A stretch of DNA of 62,935 nt, filler included, from Craspedostauros australis (GCA_030167865.1; 5 parts of 5 records of this genome joined end to end with filler, not necessarily neighbours in it), one strand, 5' to 3'; shown: positions 22,413-34,900, numbered from the whole stretch's first letter. Notes: a model not told the origin generated them from the letters alone. Made by a program: numbers and translations.

Positions 22413-23899
22413 ACACAGGTTGTGGAGTTTTGTGGGTGATGAGTCGTGATACGTAGACTACTCTAGAGCCCACCCAAAAACCATCCAAATGTCTGCTTAT
22501 CATGCTATACCTCAACAACACATCTCTTTCAATTAAATATAAACAGTGCATTCATACACCTGACTATCGGTTATACAGAATTTTGAAGTTAAATTGACAT
22601 AGAGATTATTGTTGTTGTCATGTTGGCCCACCACAGTTGTGTGGTGGATTGAAAAAATTTGATCAAGCAATGTTGCCCTCCCCTCAGCACCCATGATCAT
22701 CATCATCATCCTGTTATTTTGGCAAAGTGTGCACCACAATATCCCTGTGTACCCCCCATCTATCCACCCCATGAAGGACAGAGGATTTCTGCCACATTGC
22801 ATACCCAAATGTGTCCATACACTGAAAAGACCAATTTCGAAAAACCGATTGCAATCCGGATGCGGTATGGACACGGATCCATACCTCATCCACATGACCC
22901 TTTCAGCCCCTCCACGTGCCCCTCGTGCATTTCCACACTCCTTGGCGACATGCTGATGCATCCAGAGGGGGCTGGGCATGGATGGCCTTGATGGTACACC
23001 TCCATTTGGTGATGCCATCTCTTTTTCGTGGCACCCCACCAAAACAACCATTTGTCAGATATTCTTGGCTGCAGCCTCTTTCAGAAAACATCTGCAGCGC
23101 AGACTTCGTCAGGGCCATCTTCAGACGATGCCGCACGGGCCTTGTATGGGTGACTTGGCGATTGGGCAACTTGATGATGCTGCCCCCTCACTGCCAAAGA
23201 CACATGCCAGGTACGCCACGACCCCACCAACAAAACTTTTGCCCTCCACTTTTTCCTCCACGCGGATGCCTTCCCAGTCCTCCCTGAGCCTGAAACTTCG
23301 TGGGCGCCTTGATGGCGACCTCTTGGATGCATCTTGCCCATCCATAGGTGTTGGTGTGTCCTGTGCATGGAGTACACAGGCCACATCCAACGAGACAATT
23401 TGCCGCAAATTTGCAACGTTTTCGCGGAGGACTGCCGCGGCCCCAAATCAACCGCTTTTGCAGCCCCCTCTTGCCCACCCACCAAAGGTTGCATGGCGGT
23501 GACGGCGATGTGCTTGGATGTTGTATTGGACTGCTGGTTGGTGCGGCGCTGAGGATGCCATTGGGTTGCCATTGTGATTTTTTTGTGTTCCACCCTCGTC
23601 ATGTGGTTGTGTAGAGTTTGGCGGTCTCAACGAGTCGGACATGCTGGGGTATGAGGTAACTATTGATTATTTTACCAAACGTGCGAAAGAAGCATCACAC
23701 AAACACTTCGAGAGTACCAATGCAACTCAACCATTCCGTAACGACGAAACACACAGGGCCTTGTTTCACGTCGTCCTGTGATTGGTGGTTCATGATGCAG
23801 CCGCCAGTTTGGTGACGTAGAAGACGGATCAGACAAACGGAGGGTAGAATGAAAGTAAACGCGCACTCACCACTTCTCCCACAACTCTACAACCAGTAC
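22413..23899 (-). mobile_element. TA-flanked TIR element (Tc1/mariner/pogo-like), degenerate
   Basis: TA at 22411-22412 and 23900-23901. Left end acacaggttgtggagttttgtgggtga matches right end tctcccacaactctacaaccagtac in reverse complement. Broken minus-strand ORFs inside; second left end at 30084. Confidence 0.65.
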
Positions 23900-24070
23900 T
23901 ATCGTGGACGGTGTTGGATCGTCTGATCGGAACACCTCAAAAGAAACTAAACAATTCAAAATGGGAACAAACTCGCTGAAACGAAGAACAGCAAAGGGTT
24001 AAGTTGGATCGATGCAGTCGGAAACGTAGCGGTGAATCCCGGAAGTAGTGAGAAAATGCGCTCACTGATA

Positions 24071-24221
24071 GGCCCATAAAACTTAAAATAAGGTCTAACC
24101 GGAAAGTAATTTGTACTCTTATTTGTAAATAGACTATGAGGATTACGATTATGTGGTTGGTTTGGATATCCGAGAAAAAATATGTTGAGTCCCATGACAA
24201 GGTGCAGGTCGACTCACTCGG
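24071..24221 (-). repeat. right terminal inverted repeat of the Sola3-like element
   Basis: Reverse complement of 17519..17669. Confidence 0.92.
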
Positions 24222-24944
24222 GTGGCTCTTAGCGAAATTGTTTGTTCGGTGGTCAATGTCGTCACCTCGTTTTGATCACAACCGCGACCTCACATTTACC
24301 TCGCACTCACCGGCTTTCTCTTGGCCGGCAACAATCAACATTTAACATTTAACATTTAACATGCAACATGCAACAAGCAACAAGCAACGATCAATAAGCA
24401 ACACGCAAAGAAAACATATTTGTGTTGGTCGCAACTTGCGGCCTCACAACAAACGTACCTCCAAATGTTGTATGCTGTTTCCCCTCAGTCGCAAAGTGTA
24501 GACAGCACTCCATCGGCATCAAACTCTCTCTCCCTCGAACGGACGAGAGAGAGAGAGTCGAGCAGAGTAGAGTGGGGCATCTCGGTTGACCTTACTTATC
24601 TTGGCCGTTGGTCACATGTGGTACGCGTTGTACGAACTATACACAGTAGGAGCCGACAACCCACTCTATTCCAAATCAACCCGAAAGGTCTTCCGTTCTG
24701 AATCTGTGTGAACTGTGCCATGCGATAGTATGCATGTGGTTGCACTGGTACGTGTACGCAAGTAAGTCGTCACCTCTCTGCCCGTTCGAAAACGCCCATG
24801 TAAGGAACTGGGACCTTTCACACAATTCGAGCAATCTCCACCACCGCAAACGAGCACCCTACCGCATCAAGAGAGCCTACCAGAAATAAAATAATAGACT
24901 CGATACGACCTCGAAACTCTCGCATTGTCATAACCCTCTCCAGA

Positions 24945-27900
24945 ATGAACATGAAGATCACCATGAATATGAATATGAACATGAAAACGAACATCATCAC
25001 AAGGACAACCGCTCGGCTGGGGTTCATCGTGGCCCTTGCGTCGTCCAGCCCGTTGCTGCAGTCGATGAATGCTGAAAGACCCAGCCTCACGCGACGGCTG
25101 GAGCAAGAATACCACCACAAGGCACTGCAGCACATCATCGCCAACAGCGACCAACTCGGCCTGCATCCAGATGATGTTGACGGTCTGGAGCTCACGGGCA
25201 CCGCACCAGGATCATACCAGCGCACACGGAATCCAGCTAGCGCAGCCGGCGCCTCCCACCGTGGACTCCGCGGAGCTCATCCTCCATCTCAACGAAGGAG
25301 AAGAAACACAAGCCACCTCTACGTCGCGCAAACCTTCCAGGGCATCACCGTCTCCAATGCACGCAGCACCATCGTGATGCTGGGAGATGAAGTCAAGCAG
25401 GTTAACTCCAAGTTCCGCAAGCAACTCAACCGCTGTGCCACCCTGCCAGATGACCGTGTCATCACAGCGGCACAGGCAGTTGAGATCGCGGCAACGTCAT
25501 TCCGCACCATCGCACAGTTGGATCACGTCACGTTCCCCGTGATTGAGAAAGAAGCGGCCAAGGTCGATGACCGCACCATGGCAACGGTCTTCGAGGGCCA
25601 GGAGGGCCTCTCCAGCCGTGACATCCCTGCTCATCTGGCCTACTACGGCATGGATGGCAAGGAATGCGACGTGAGACTGGCATGGAACATCATCCTCCAC
25701 ATCGATGCTGCCAACAGACTGGAGATCTGGGTCGATGCCGGACCGACGCAAGCCGGCGTCATCCAGCACAGCAACTGGGTTCGCAGCGCGACGTACTCCG
25801 CGCTTGAGCTGCCCAGGGAATCACCGTGCGTGGAGTGCGCCTACGGCACTTGGATTGCCGAGTTCGCCAACGACATCCCGCTGGACACCATCGTTGACCC
25901 AGAGCTGCCGAACGCATCACCTGAGGGCTGGTTGACGGTGGGCTCGACATCATACGATGTCACTCGAGGCAACAACGTCAACGCCGTCATCCAGTATAAG
26001 GAAGACAAGAGAGGGCGGCAGTCGACTCCCCAAACATCGCCCGGCGTCTTCGATTACTCCGGCTTTGACTTCTACGAGGCGGAGTGGGAATCCGCGAAGA
26101 ACCCAGCCGCAGTGCATTTGTTCTACGTAGTGAACCGACTCCATGACGTGCTGTATCAATACGGCTTCGATGAGAGCAGCGGCAACTTCCAAGAGGACAA
26201 TTATGGCAAGGGAGGGTACGGAGGAGATTCGGTGCAGGCAGTGATCAACTACAGCCAAACCAACAATGCACAGATGTACACTCCGCCGGACGGTGAAAGA
26301 CCGTCACTGCGGATGAGTCCTTTCGACATGGCCATGTACGGTACTATGGGTATTGTTAGTCGCAAAGTTTGGATTGGATCACTCAGCTTTGGAACCCAGG
26401 GCACCGACATTGAGTTCACAAAACATTGGGGTAAGTTTGAGGCGTGGAACGCGTATGCAATTGTATGTCGATGTGGATGTGGATGCATATGCAGATGAAA
26501 GCCTGGCGTCGACAATGACCTTCGCGAATAGCAGGACACGTGCTCACTTACTCATACACACCATATCTGCGAAATCCTCTCCGAAAACAGGAGCTCTCCA
26601 TGTCTGGGGTGTCCGTTCCGTTGACGCAGTCCTGTCAAACACGGCCGGCAACCTGGAATGCGAAGTCTGCGACGACAAGTCATACGATCGAAAGATCGTC
26701 ATCATCCGACAAGGAAATCCGGACCAAAACCCTGACGGTTGCGACGTCGCCACCAAGGCATTGTACGCGCAGAACCGCGGTGCTTTCGGCGTCATCATCG
26801 CAGCAGAAGACGAGACTCTGGCTGAATTGGAACCATCGACCGGTTTGGGCGAAGAGGCAGCGCCTCATGTCACCATCCCAGTTGTCCAACTGAAGAGCAG
26901 TGATGCGATGACAGCCATCGATCTTGCCCATGGCGGCGAGAAGGCTTCCATGGTGTCAGATCCTACCTTCGTTCACAGCGCCTTCGACAACGGTAAGCGC
27001 GGAGAGCGTAGAGAGTGCAGTGTGAGGCATCTTGACAACACGCGATGAGCACGCCCAGTGATTCTCACTCTATCCCTCCCTATTGATTCTGTGTTCCCTC
27101 CACGTGTGTTTTCCTCCGTCCACTTCCAATTACTCTGATCTGGCCTTCTAATACTTCACGGATCCCAACAATCCACAATTCATACTCCACAATCAACAAC
27201 GATATGGATATCATACATATACTTTGCGCCTTGATCCTTCAGGTATCGTCGCGCATGAATGGTGCCACGGCATGACCAACCGACTCCTTGGCGGAAGCGG
27301 AACATCTAGTTGCACAATGCACACAGCCGATGGCAACATTTCCAACGGCATGGAAGAAGGATGGAGCGACTTCTGCGGGCTGTTCTTCACCCAGCAGGAT
27401 CCCTTCAAGATCAGTCGCACGATCGGATCCTTTGTCGTGCTCAACAAGGACGGTTTCCGTCCAGAGCTGTACTCGCCCGACATGACTGTGGACACCGCTA
27501 GGTACGATGAGCGGCTCCACTCTCACGATATCTACTACAACGGATGGGTTTGGAACTCATTCCTTTGGGATATTTACTCTGCGCTGGTGGAGCAGGAGGG
27601 CTTCAACCCAAATGTGGACGAGCCCGGCGCTGGCGGTAACAACATGGCTATGGAGCTCATCGTCGATGGCTTGAAGGCAACTCCTTGCCTGCCATCCTAC
27701 ACCAACGCTCGCGACGGCATCTTGGATGCATACCGCCATCTGTATCCGGACGGGCCACACTACTGCATGCTGTGGGGCGTTTTTGCACGCCGCGGTCTTG
27801 GATACTCGGCCACAGCCTCACCCATTGCATCAGCCTTCGATCTGCCATCCGAGTGCAGCAGCTACACATTGCCACAGGTGTTTTGGCCAACAGAGAAGCA

Positions 27901-28000
27901 ATGTTCGGCGGATGTGGATTGCATGCATTCGGAACATCGCGGGTGTGCGCGTTCATGCGTCGAAGGAATGTGCGCGCACGAACCCTGCCTGCACATCTGA
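24945..28000 (+). CDS. M36 fungalysin-family metallopeptidase with propeptide, inserted PA domain and Cys-rich tail; exons 24945-26430, 26591-26992, 27243-28000
   Basis: TRGNNVNA, YGFDESSGNFQEDNYGKGG, NNAQMYTPPDG; PA-like KIVIIRQG..C..KALYAQNRGAFGVII; spliced SAFDNGIVAHEWCHG (HExxH) and GMEEGWSDF; phase-compatible GT-AG introns. Confidence 0.92.
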
Positions 28001-28497
28001 TTGTGCAGAATGGAGCAGAGCAACATGTGCATGCACGCGCGCTGCTTGCAGTTGTATGAGCGCTCATAAAGTAGATCATAGGAGTATCATAGAGTTGAAG
28101 AAATGATTTATCTGAACGGTTGTAAGATCGGTTCATGTAGAAGAGTACTTCTGTCTCAGCGTTGCAATACAACAGCGCATTCGTTCTTTGAGACAGTGTG
28201 CAGTTGCTCTGCTTCTGTTGTCTATTGGTTCCTGGTTGGAAAAGGATGCATCGCAGCTGCCTGGGTTGAGTTAAGTTAAGTTGAATTGAAAAATCTGCTG
28301 TGACATTTGCACAAGCGGAGTACGTTGAGTGCAGCGCAAGTATGGGTGGGTTGGAAGTTGCTGCTGATGTTTCGATAATGCGATTCGTGAAATTGATGGC
28401 CTCTCAAAAAGCAGTTATTTCTTGATACTCCTATCCATTCGACTACCTGATGCTCATAGCGACCGATTGGATCCCATAACCGCATCTATGAGATTGA

Positions 28498-29569
28498 TCA
28501 GGCATCACCGTCATCATCCTCTGTCGGTTCTAAAATGAGAGCGGCAGCGACCAGACGATCCTCGCCGTTGAGGATGTTGAATGTTCCCATGGCGTTGGTC
28601 TGTTTCGTTGGATGGGTGATTTGCACGTACGTGATGCAAATGGCGAGGTTTGTGCATGGCGGTTGAAAGAAGGTGAGAGGGTTGCAGAAATCGGTTAAAT
28701 TGAACAATGTGCGTGGTTGTACGTCGGCGACTCCGAGCCATTTTGATGCACTGCCGAGTATTTTCGAGAGAGGATGGTTTCGCAGCACAGCGTTGAAGCA
28801 GCACGCAGACACAGAACGCGGTGGCACACTTGGAATAGCACCGTAGCAATAGCACCGTAGCAATAGGACCGTAGTAGCGTACCAGATCCATCTGCTCCAC
28901 AACGATGCCGTTCTCGCCGATGGTCTTAAAGTGATCCTTGATGTGCTTGAGCTGGTTCGGATTCATGGTCCGGTTGCTTCCGATGAAGAGGTATTCCAGC
29001 TTGGGTCGATGCAGCTCGATCATGCCGAGCGAATCCAGCGTGATGTCTTCGACGTCGCGAGTGTTCCACAGGAAGCAGGATGTCGGCAGGGCGATGATGC
29101 TGCCGCAGAGATGCACGACGCCTGCTGACTTTTGCAGATCTGCGTCGTGCTCGTCGTAGAGCTTGACAAGGTTGCTGATGTCGAAGCCGGTGGTGCTGTG
29201 TCCATTGAGAACAACCTTGGGGATGCCGCCTGTCCCCTGCGCGGGGTGAGCCAGGGAATCGGAGAGCAGGTCCGTTCCGTGACCTTGCCAGCCGAAGGAT
29301 CGCTTGACGGAGGGAGTGTTGGAAGAGGATGGATGCGGCGATCTGCGATGCCGCTGATGCGCGTACTGATTGTGCTGCGGCTGCTGGAGTTGCTGCAATG
29401 GCACAGTCGCAACTGATCTGCGCGAGTCAGTGGTCCACCCGCTAACTGGCTGAGCAGATGCAGAAACACAGCAGAGATGATGTTGATGCCGCATGTCATT
29501 TGTCGCCTGCTGTCTCGCAAGCGTGGCAATTCGCCTCAACGTGGGCTTCATCGTGTTTGGCACCGTCAT
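28498..29569 (-). CDS. NDUFAF3/Mth938 (DUF498)-like complex I assembly factor; exons 29569-28883, 28599-28498
   Basis: PKLEYLFIGS, spliced VEQMDL-TNAMGTFNILNGEDRLVAAAL; phase-0 GT-AG intron; basic N-terminal presequence. Confidence 0.88.
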
Positions 29570-30083
29570 CACGCTTTCTGCACTCTCGCCGCTGTTTCTC
29601 TTCACGCTATCACTCTTGTCGCCACGAGTATGCTGTCGGAATGAGCATGGGGGAGGGTGTGGAAATAAGGGTTTGAAGGGTGTGATGGAGAATGGTGCAA
29701 GTGTGAGGATGTTGTTGGTGTCGATCTTGTGTTGGCGTCTTGATGGCGATGGCCATGGTGATGGTGATGGTGATGACAATGGTGATGAGTCGGCAGCAGT
29801 TTTCGCTCGTCTTCGCGATGTTCGATGTTGTTGCAATCGATTGAGTCATCCCTCACTACGATTCGACGAGACACGAATAATCGAATCTTGTTTGACGCAT
29901 TTCCGTGATTGGACGAGTCCCATCATCGGACAAAAGACCAAAAAGACCAAAATCTTGTGCGAAAAGAACTGCGGCAACAAGGCTGGAGTGCTTCCGTTGC
30001 TTCACGACGTTGTGAGATTTGCTGTGTGCGTTGTACCAGCTCGAATGTACGACCTCCAGGTCGCAGTTGATGCACTCACGATA

Positions 30084-30185
30084 ACACTAGTTGTGGAGTG
30101 TTTTTTGAGTTTTACTCGTGATGAGTCGTGATAAAGTAGACTAAATTAGAGCACACCCAAAACCATCCAAACAACTGCTTATGAT
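30084..30185. mobile_element. left end of a second copy of the TA-flanked TIR element, running into the gap
   Basis: ta|acactagttgtggag...gtgatgagtcgtgata..gtagacta..tagagc.cacccaaaaccatccaaa..ctgcttat matches 22411-22503. Confidence 0.75.
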
Positions 30186-30229
30186 NNNNNNNNNNNNNNN
30201 NNNNNNNNNNNNNNNNNNNNNNNNNNNNN

Positions 30230-30241
30230 TTAATTAATTAA
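30230..30241. other. artificial contig spacer TTAATTAATTAA (also 31513-31524, 35493-35504, 60469-60480)
   Basis: Identical 12-mer with stops in all six frames, centred in N runs four times. Confidence 0.95.
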
Positions 30242-30285
30242 NNNNNNNNNNNNNNNNNNNNNNNNNNNNNNNNNNNNNNNNNNNN

Positions 30286-30793
30286 ACACTCCGTTCATTC
30301 AGTACTGGCTCCTACTCCATGAGTACTCGCCATTTGAAGTTCACCTTCTGTATCCATGATGCTGATGCCGTTCGGTCATTGGATCTTCACCTTCTGCTCT
30401 GACTTGGAGACAGATGTCAACGTGGTTGACATGATGACATCCTGTCGACGTCAGTAGGTGTCCTTCTGCTCTCCAGATGTCACGTTCCATTGGTGATGCA
30501 GTGGTCTGTCNNNNNNNNNNNNNNNNNNNNNNNNNNNNNNNNNNNNNNNNNNNNNNNNNNATTGATGGATGGACGGACGATCTTCCAATTCTCTCAGAAA
30601 TCGTCATTTGCAAATTTCCTCCAGAAATCTTGCCCCTTTTCGTGTGTTNNNNNNNNNNNNNNNNNNNNNNNNNNNNNNNNNNNNNNNNGACACGAATGTA
30701 GTTATACCGTCCAAGTGTGTATGAGAGAATAGCGGGTGAACGATGCACATATACTCGTACATCTCGACATATACTCACATGTACATCTCGACA
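30286..30793 (-). mobile_element. LTR family B, partial (gapped)
   Basis: Minus strand begins TGTCGAGATGTACATGTGAG at 30793. The terminal 100 bp are nearly identical to 31865-31969 and 35360-35448. Confidence 0.8.
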
Positions 30794-30907
30794 TATATTG
30801 ACGATGCCATCGCATCGTCAAGAAAAATCGCTGGGCGCAAGAGGATCACAGCAAGGCAGCAGCATCGCATGCTAGGACTGCGCCCTCCTCAAATACAACC
30901 ACAAGCT

Positions 30908-31120
30908 GGAGCAGCAGCAACGGTGCGGCAAGAGAATGTGACGGCGCGTGGAGCAGCAGCAACAGTGCGGCGACAGAATGTGGCGGCGCGTGGAGCAGCA
31001 GCAACGGTGCGGCGAGAGAATGTGGCGGCGCGTGGAGCAGCAGCAACGGTGCGGCGAGAGAATGTGGTGGCGAGCGACGGAGCAGCAGCAACGGCGCGGC
31101 GACAGAATGTGGCGAGCAAC
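30908..31120 (+). repeat. 42-bp minisatellite, about 5 copies (GAAATVRRENVAAR in one frame)
   Basis: ggagcagcagcaacggtgcggcgagagaatgtggcggcgcgt units; an (ACC)n(AAC)n tract follows at 31385-31468. Confidence 0.9.
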
Positions 31121-31390
31121 GGTGACGACGCGACCTCGAGTTTGTCTTCTGTGGAGGCGGTGACTTCTCCGAAGCGAGCTCGAAACGCCAAGGAGCAGAT
31201 CCAGTGCACAGTCGGTCTCCTGGAGAAGCTAGACGAAACCCAGCGTCAGTTTCAAGCGTGGCTCGCTACGGCCACGCCTCCGATTCGTGCGGAACGCAGA
31301 GCAGATTCTCAGATGGCGGCATCGCTCGCCGCTTCTTCGATCGCTCAAACTGTGGGGGCAGCGGCTTCCAACGATGGCAACACAACCACC

Positions 31391-31467
<77 letters not shown>

Positions 31468-31568
31468 CNNNNNNNNNNNNNNNNNNNNNNNNNNNNNNNN
31501 NNNNNNNNNNNNTTAATTAATTAANNNNNNNNNNNNNNNNNNNNNNNNNNNNNNNNNNNNNNNNNNNN

Positions 31569-31796
31569 GACCACGCTCCGTACCAGCACGCGTCGAGATT
31601 CGTCATCCAGCACGTGGTACGTGAGGAAGTCCCCATGGGACTCTGCCACGCCAAGCCAGTATCCTGATTTCTCCTTCGAGTTCGGGAAGGTAGCGTTGGG
31701 GTCGTGGTAGAGGACCTTCTCGTAGAATTGGAAAGTCAAGAGCGCAGAGATGTCGACGGTCTCTCCGTGTCGTACGGTGTATGGGATTGCGTATCG
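31569..31796 (-). pseudogene. redundant piece of the copia integrase C-terminal region
   Basis: Overlaps 32062-32145 and 32258-32289 and supplies the sequence missing in the N gap between them. Confidence 0.85.
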
Positions 31797-31846
31797 NNNN
31801 NNNNNNNNNNNNNNNNNNNNNNNNNNNNNNNNNNNNNNNNNNNNNN

Positions 31847-31969
31847 GAATCACAGTATACTATCGACACGAATGTAGTTATACCGTCCAAGTGCATATGA
31901 GAGAATAGCGGGTGAACGATGCACATATACTCGTACATCTCGACATATACTCACATGTACATCTCGACA
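31847..31969 (-). mobile_element. LTR family B terminus abutting the copia fragment
   Basis: ..catatactcacatgtacatctcgaca| then pol sequence resumes at 31970. Confidence 0.85.
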
Positions 31970-34900
31970 GGGGTCCGTGTGCTGGGGTTATCCGCCTCGG
32001 GGTCCATGTCTTGGTCGAAGGTGACGCGCCTGTTGTTGTTTATACCCTTCCTGAAGGGGCGGACCACGCTCCGTACCAGCACGCGTCGAGATTCGTCATC
32101 CAGCACGTGGTACGTGAGGAAGTCCCCATGGGACTCTGCCACGCCNNNNNNNNNNNNNNNNNNNNNNNNNNNNNNNNNNNNNNNNNNNNNNNNNNNNNNN
32201 NNNNNNNNNNNNNNNNNNNNNNNNNNNNNNNNNNNNNNNNNNNNNNNNNNNNNNNNNCCGTGTCGTACGGTGTATGGGATTGCGTATCGTAGGGACGGGT
32301 CTGATGTATGGTTGTGCACGTAGCACATGTATCGGAAAGCGTAGAACCATGCCTTTGGTGGTGCCCCAGTTCGATCGATGAGTGTCGTGACACATCGCTT
32401 CATGTACAGGATGGCGTTGTGCTCGGCCGGGTTCTGCTGCTGGTTGTGCGGTTCTGTCAGTCTTGATTTGATGTGGAGGTCCCTAAGAAGCTTGAGGACC
32501 TTCTCTCCGGTCTGTTCCTTTGCGTTGTCGCTGTGGAAGGCCCATGGTGCCCCCTCTGTCCTGATAAAATCCTGGAAGGCGACGAAAACTCCTTCTTTCT
32601 TCTTCAGGCCGTATGCGTTGATCATGTGGGAGGATGTTCCGTAGAAGATTTGTGCCATGGAGTATCCGTCTTCAAAAGACTTGACGTTGGAGAATATAGT
32701 GTCTGTCGCCACGATCTCCCGGATTCGTTGTCGTTGCATCCACTCGAATCTGGACTTCTTGTGCCTTCGCATAGGGTAAGTGATCACTGCCCGCATGAGT
32801 TGTGTGGTTCTGGCGAGGGTCTGTTTGATCACGTGCGTGGGTAGGTACCCGAGGTACGGTCGGATCTTGTGAAGATCAATGGACTTCCATTTTGCTCGGA
32901 AAGGGAACCCTTGGTGGCTGTACTCGGTCATGGCTTCCGCAGGGTGTCGGTCCATGGTGTACATGGGGTTATCCTTTCCCGGTTCATCAGTGCCGGTGGG
33001 GTTCTCGCCCTTGGTGTGCCCATGGTATTCAGTTGCGCTTCGTGGGTCTCCCCGGATGGTATCAGTGCGTGTTGCCTTGGTCACGCCGATCTCGTTGGGG
33101 ATGCGAAACGTCTCCCGATTTCTCTGGAACGCCGGTTCGGATCCTACCGAGTGTAAGGATGAGATGGCGCTGTCTGCCTCGGCATCCAGGTCTGGTACCT
33201 TTGTCGGTGGTACGTTGGTTGACTCGGTGTATTCCTTCTGGTCCGTTCCTACCGCGTTAGCCTCGCGGTCGATGCCCAGCTCCCTGTATAGGTGGTCGAT
33301 GTCTCCCGCAGAGAGATTGTCCACCAGGTCGAAGAGGGTGTCTTGGATCGAGATGGCCGTGTCAGTGGCCGATTTCGCGAACGTTACCGTGTCAATTGCA
33401 TGTGACATTCCGATGAGCTCCTCGAGACTTAGAGTGTCAAGGAATGCGTCCACTTTGGGGCACTCCTGGTTTGCACGGTAGGGGGCTCCTATGGCGTGCC
33501 CATCTGGATGACGGGCGTTGGGGTCCATGGGTTCTCGTCCCTCTATGGGATTATCCGGGGTGCCGTCCGTGGCCTGGCCTGTCCTGGGTTCCATGGGATC
33601 CATCGATGCGTTGTGGGCGCTTGTATCCATCGCTCCAGTGTCATGCGGTGCATCAGGTCGGCCATCCCAATCAACTGCCTTCTCTCCTCCAATTGGGTCC
33701 CTGGTAAGGTAGCAACCCATGGGCACGTTGCATACGTGTCCTCCTTGGTGATCCGAAGGGTTCCATCCTTGCTTTGGGGTGATGTCGTGGGTGGGCAGAT
33801 CCTCATCGTTCTCCATGATGGGGAAAACGTCGAATGTCATCAGCGCGTCCCGCATCTCCAAGTTGATCGTTGTGTCCTCGTCAGGCATCAGGCATTGTCT
33901 TCCTGTGCCTGGTGTCGAGAACGATGCCCGGTGTTCCGACGAAACCGTATCGAGGACGGCTCCACTGGCCCGAATTTGATGGTCGGAGAGCAGCGTCACC
34001 CGACTGTCGACGTTCAAGGCGGCTTCGTAAATCCGGAGGATCACTTCGTTGCCTTCCCTGGTCCTGGCCTTGATGCTCGCGTCAACCACCGCGAGGTTGT
34101 TCTTCCTCATCGTGCTTGCCACAGCACCGACGATGCTGTACGTACGATGCGGGTATACGTAGTCAATCTTCCAGACTCGGTCCTTGTTCCCAATGACGCA
34201 GCATTGTGCGCCGCCGTCGCATACCGCGTATGTTTGCGGGGAAAAGGTCGCCAGGTTGATCAGCTGTTCGGGTACTGATTGGCGTTGGTTGGGTGCTGGT
34301 GGATCGATGGGGCTTATTGCGTCGGATGAATCACTCATCGTGATCATCTTCACGAGCCGGTTGTTGCCATTGTCCTCGTATCCTCCATAGTCGACCAGGA
34401 ACTTGGCAAGTTCCGAAGCGTCAATCGAGGATAGATCTGAGCCGTTCTCGTCCTGGGAATCGGTTCCCTCGGCGGATCCTGGAGTGTACCTGGCCAGGTT
34501 CGCGTGGGTGACACCTCCATACTGTTTGTGTGGCTTGGCTTCCTCCCCTTTCTCTGGGGGCTTCACGTTGGCAGGTGGTTGGATGTCTTCCTGTTCCTTC
34601 TTGTTCTCGACACGGGTGAATCCGGATCCGTTCCGGTCATTGTTGCGGCGGGCCCAACGGAGGGAGCTGCGGAGCTTCATGATCACACGGCGGACCTTTT
34701 CGGGTAGTCCGTCGAATACCTCTTGCGAGATGAAGGTGGGATCTTCCTGTAGTTTCTTCGAGATGGCATTGATGACCATCTTGGTGTTGGATTCGTCTTG
34801 ATCCTGGCTGGCTTTGGTGGTTGCCTTGAAAATCCTGCGTTTGCCGGACCTTGATCCCCGCTGGTTGTTGGCTACCGCATTGTCCCTGGTGGACTCGGAG

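Larger units (their letters stand above)
18186..23926 (+). pseudogene. Sola-type transposase pseudogene (pieces 18186-19891, 20584-22412, 23902-23926)
   Basis: Consecutive + ORFs with frameshifts and stops. The frame is restored at both junctions when the nested elements are removed (KKETTT-STNQRK; CDGCASPQ-YRGRCWIV*). Confidence 0.75.
17514..24228 (+). mobile_element. Sola3-like DDD DNA transposon, degenerate, with two nested insertions
   Basis: About 150-bp TIRs; right end ..CTC followed by TTAG. Transposase motifs VVLDHKQK..LP...AQQEYWGK.GMS, LQSDNTCCF, YTEAQTGKSMLDTHF. Confidence 0.75.

Noticed and set aside
30230..30241. Recurrent palindromic TTAATTAATTAA as a biological site or piggyBac TSD
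   Set aside because: It is always centred in N runs and has stops in all six frames, so it is a contig-joining spacer.
30908..31120. 42-bp repeat as CRISPR
   Set aside because: Head-to-tail units with no unique spacers; a minisatellite.
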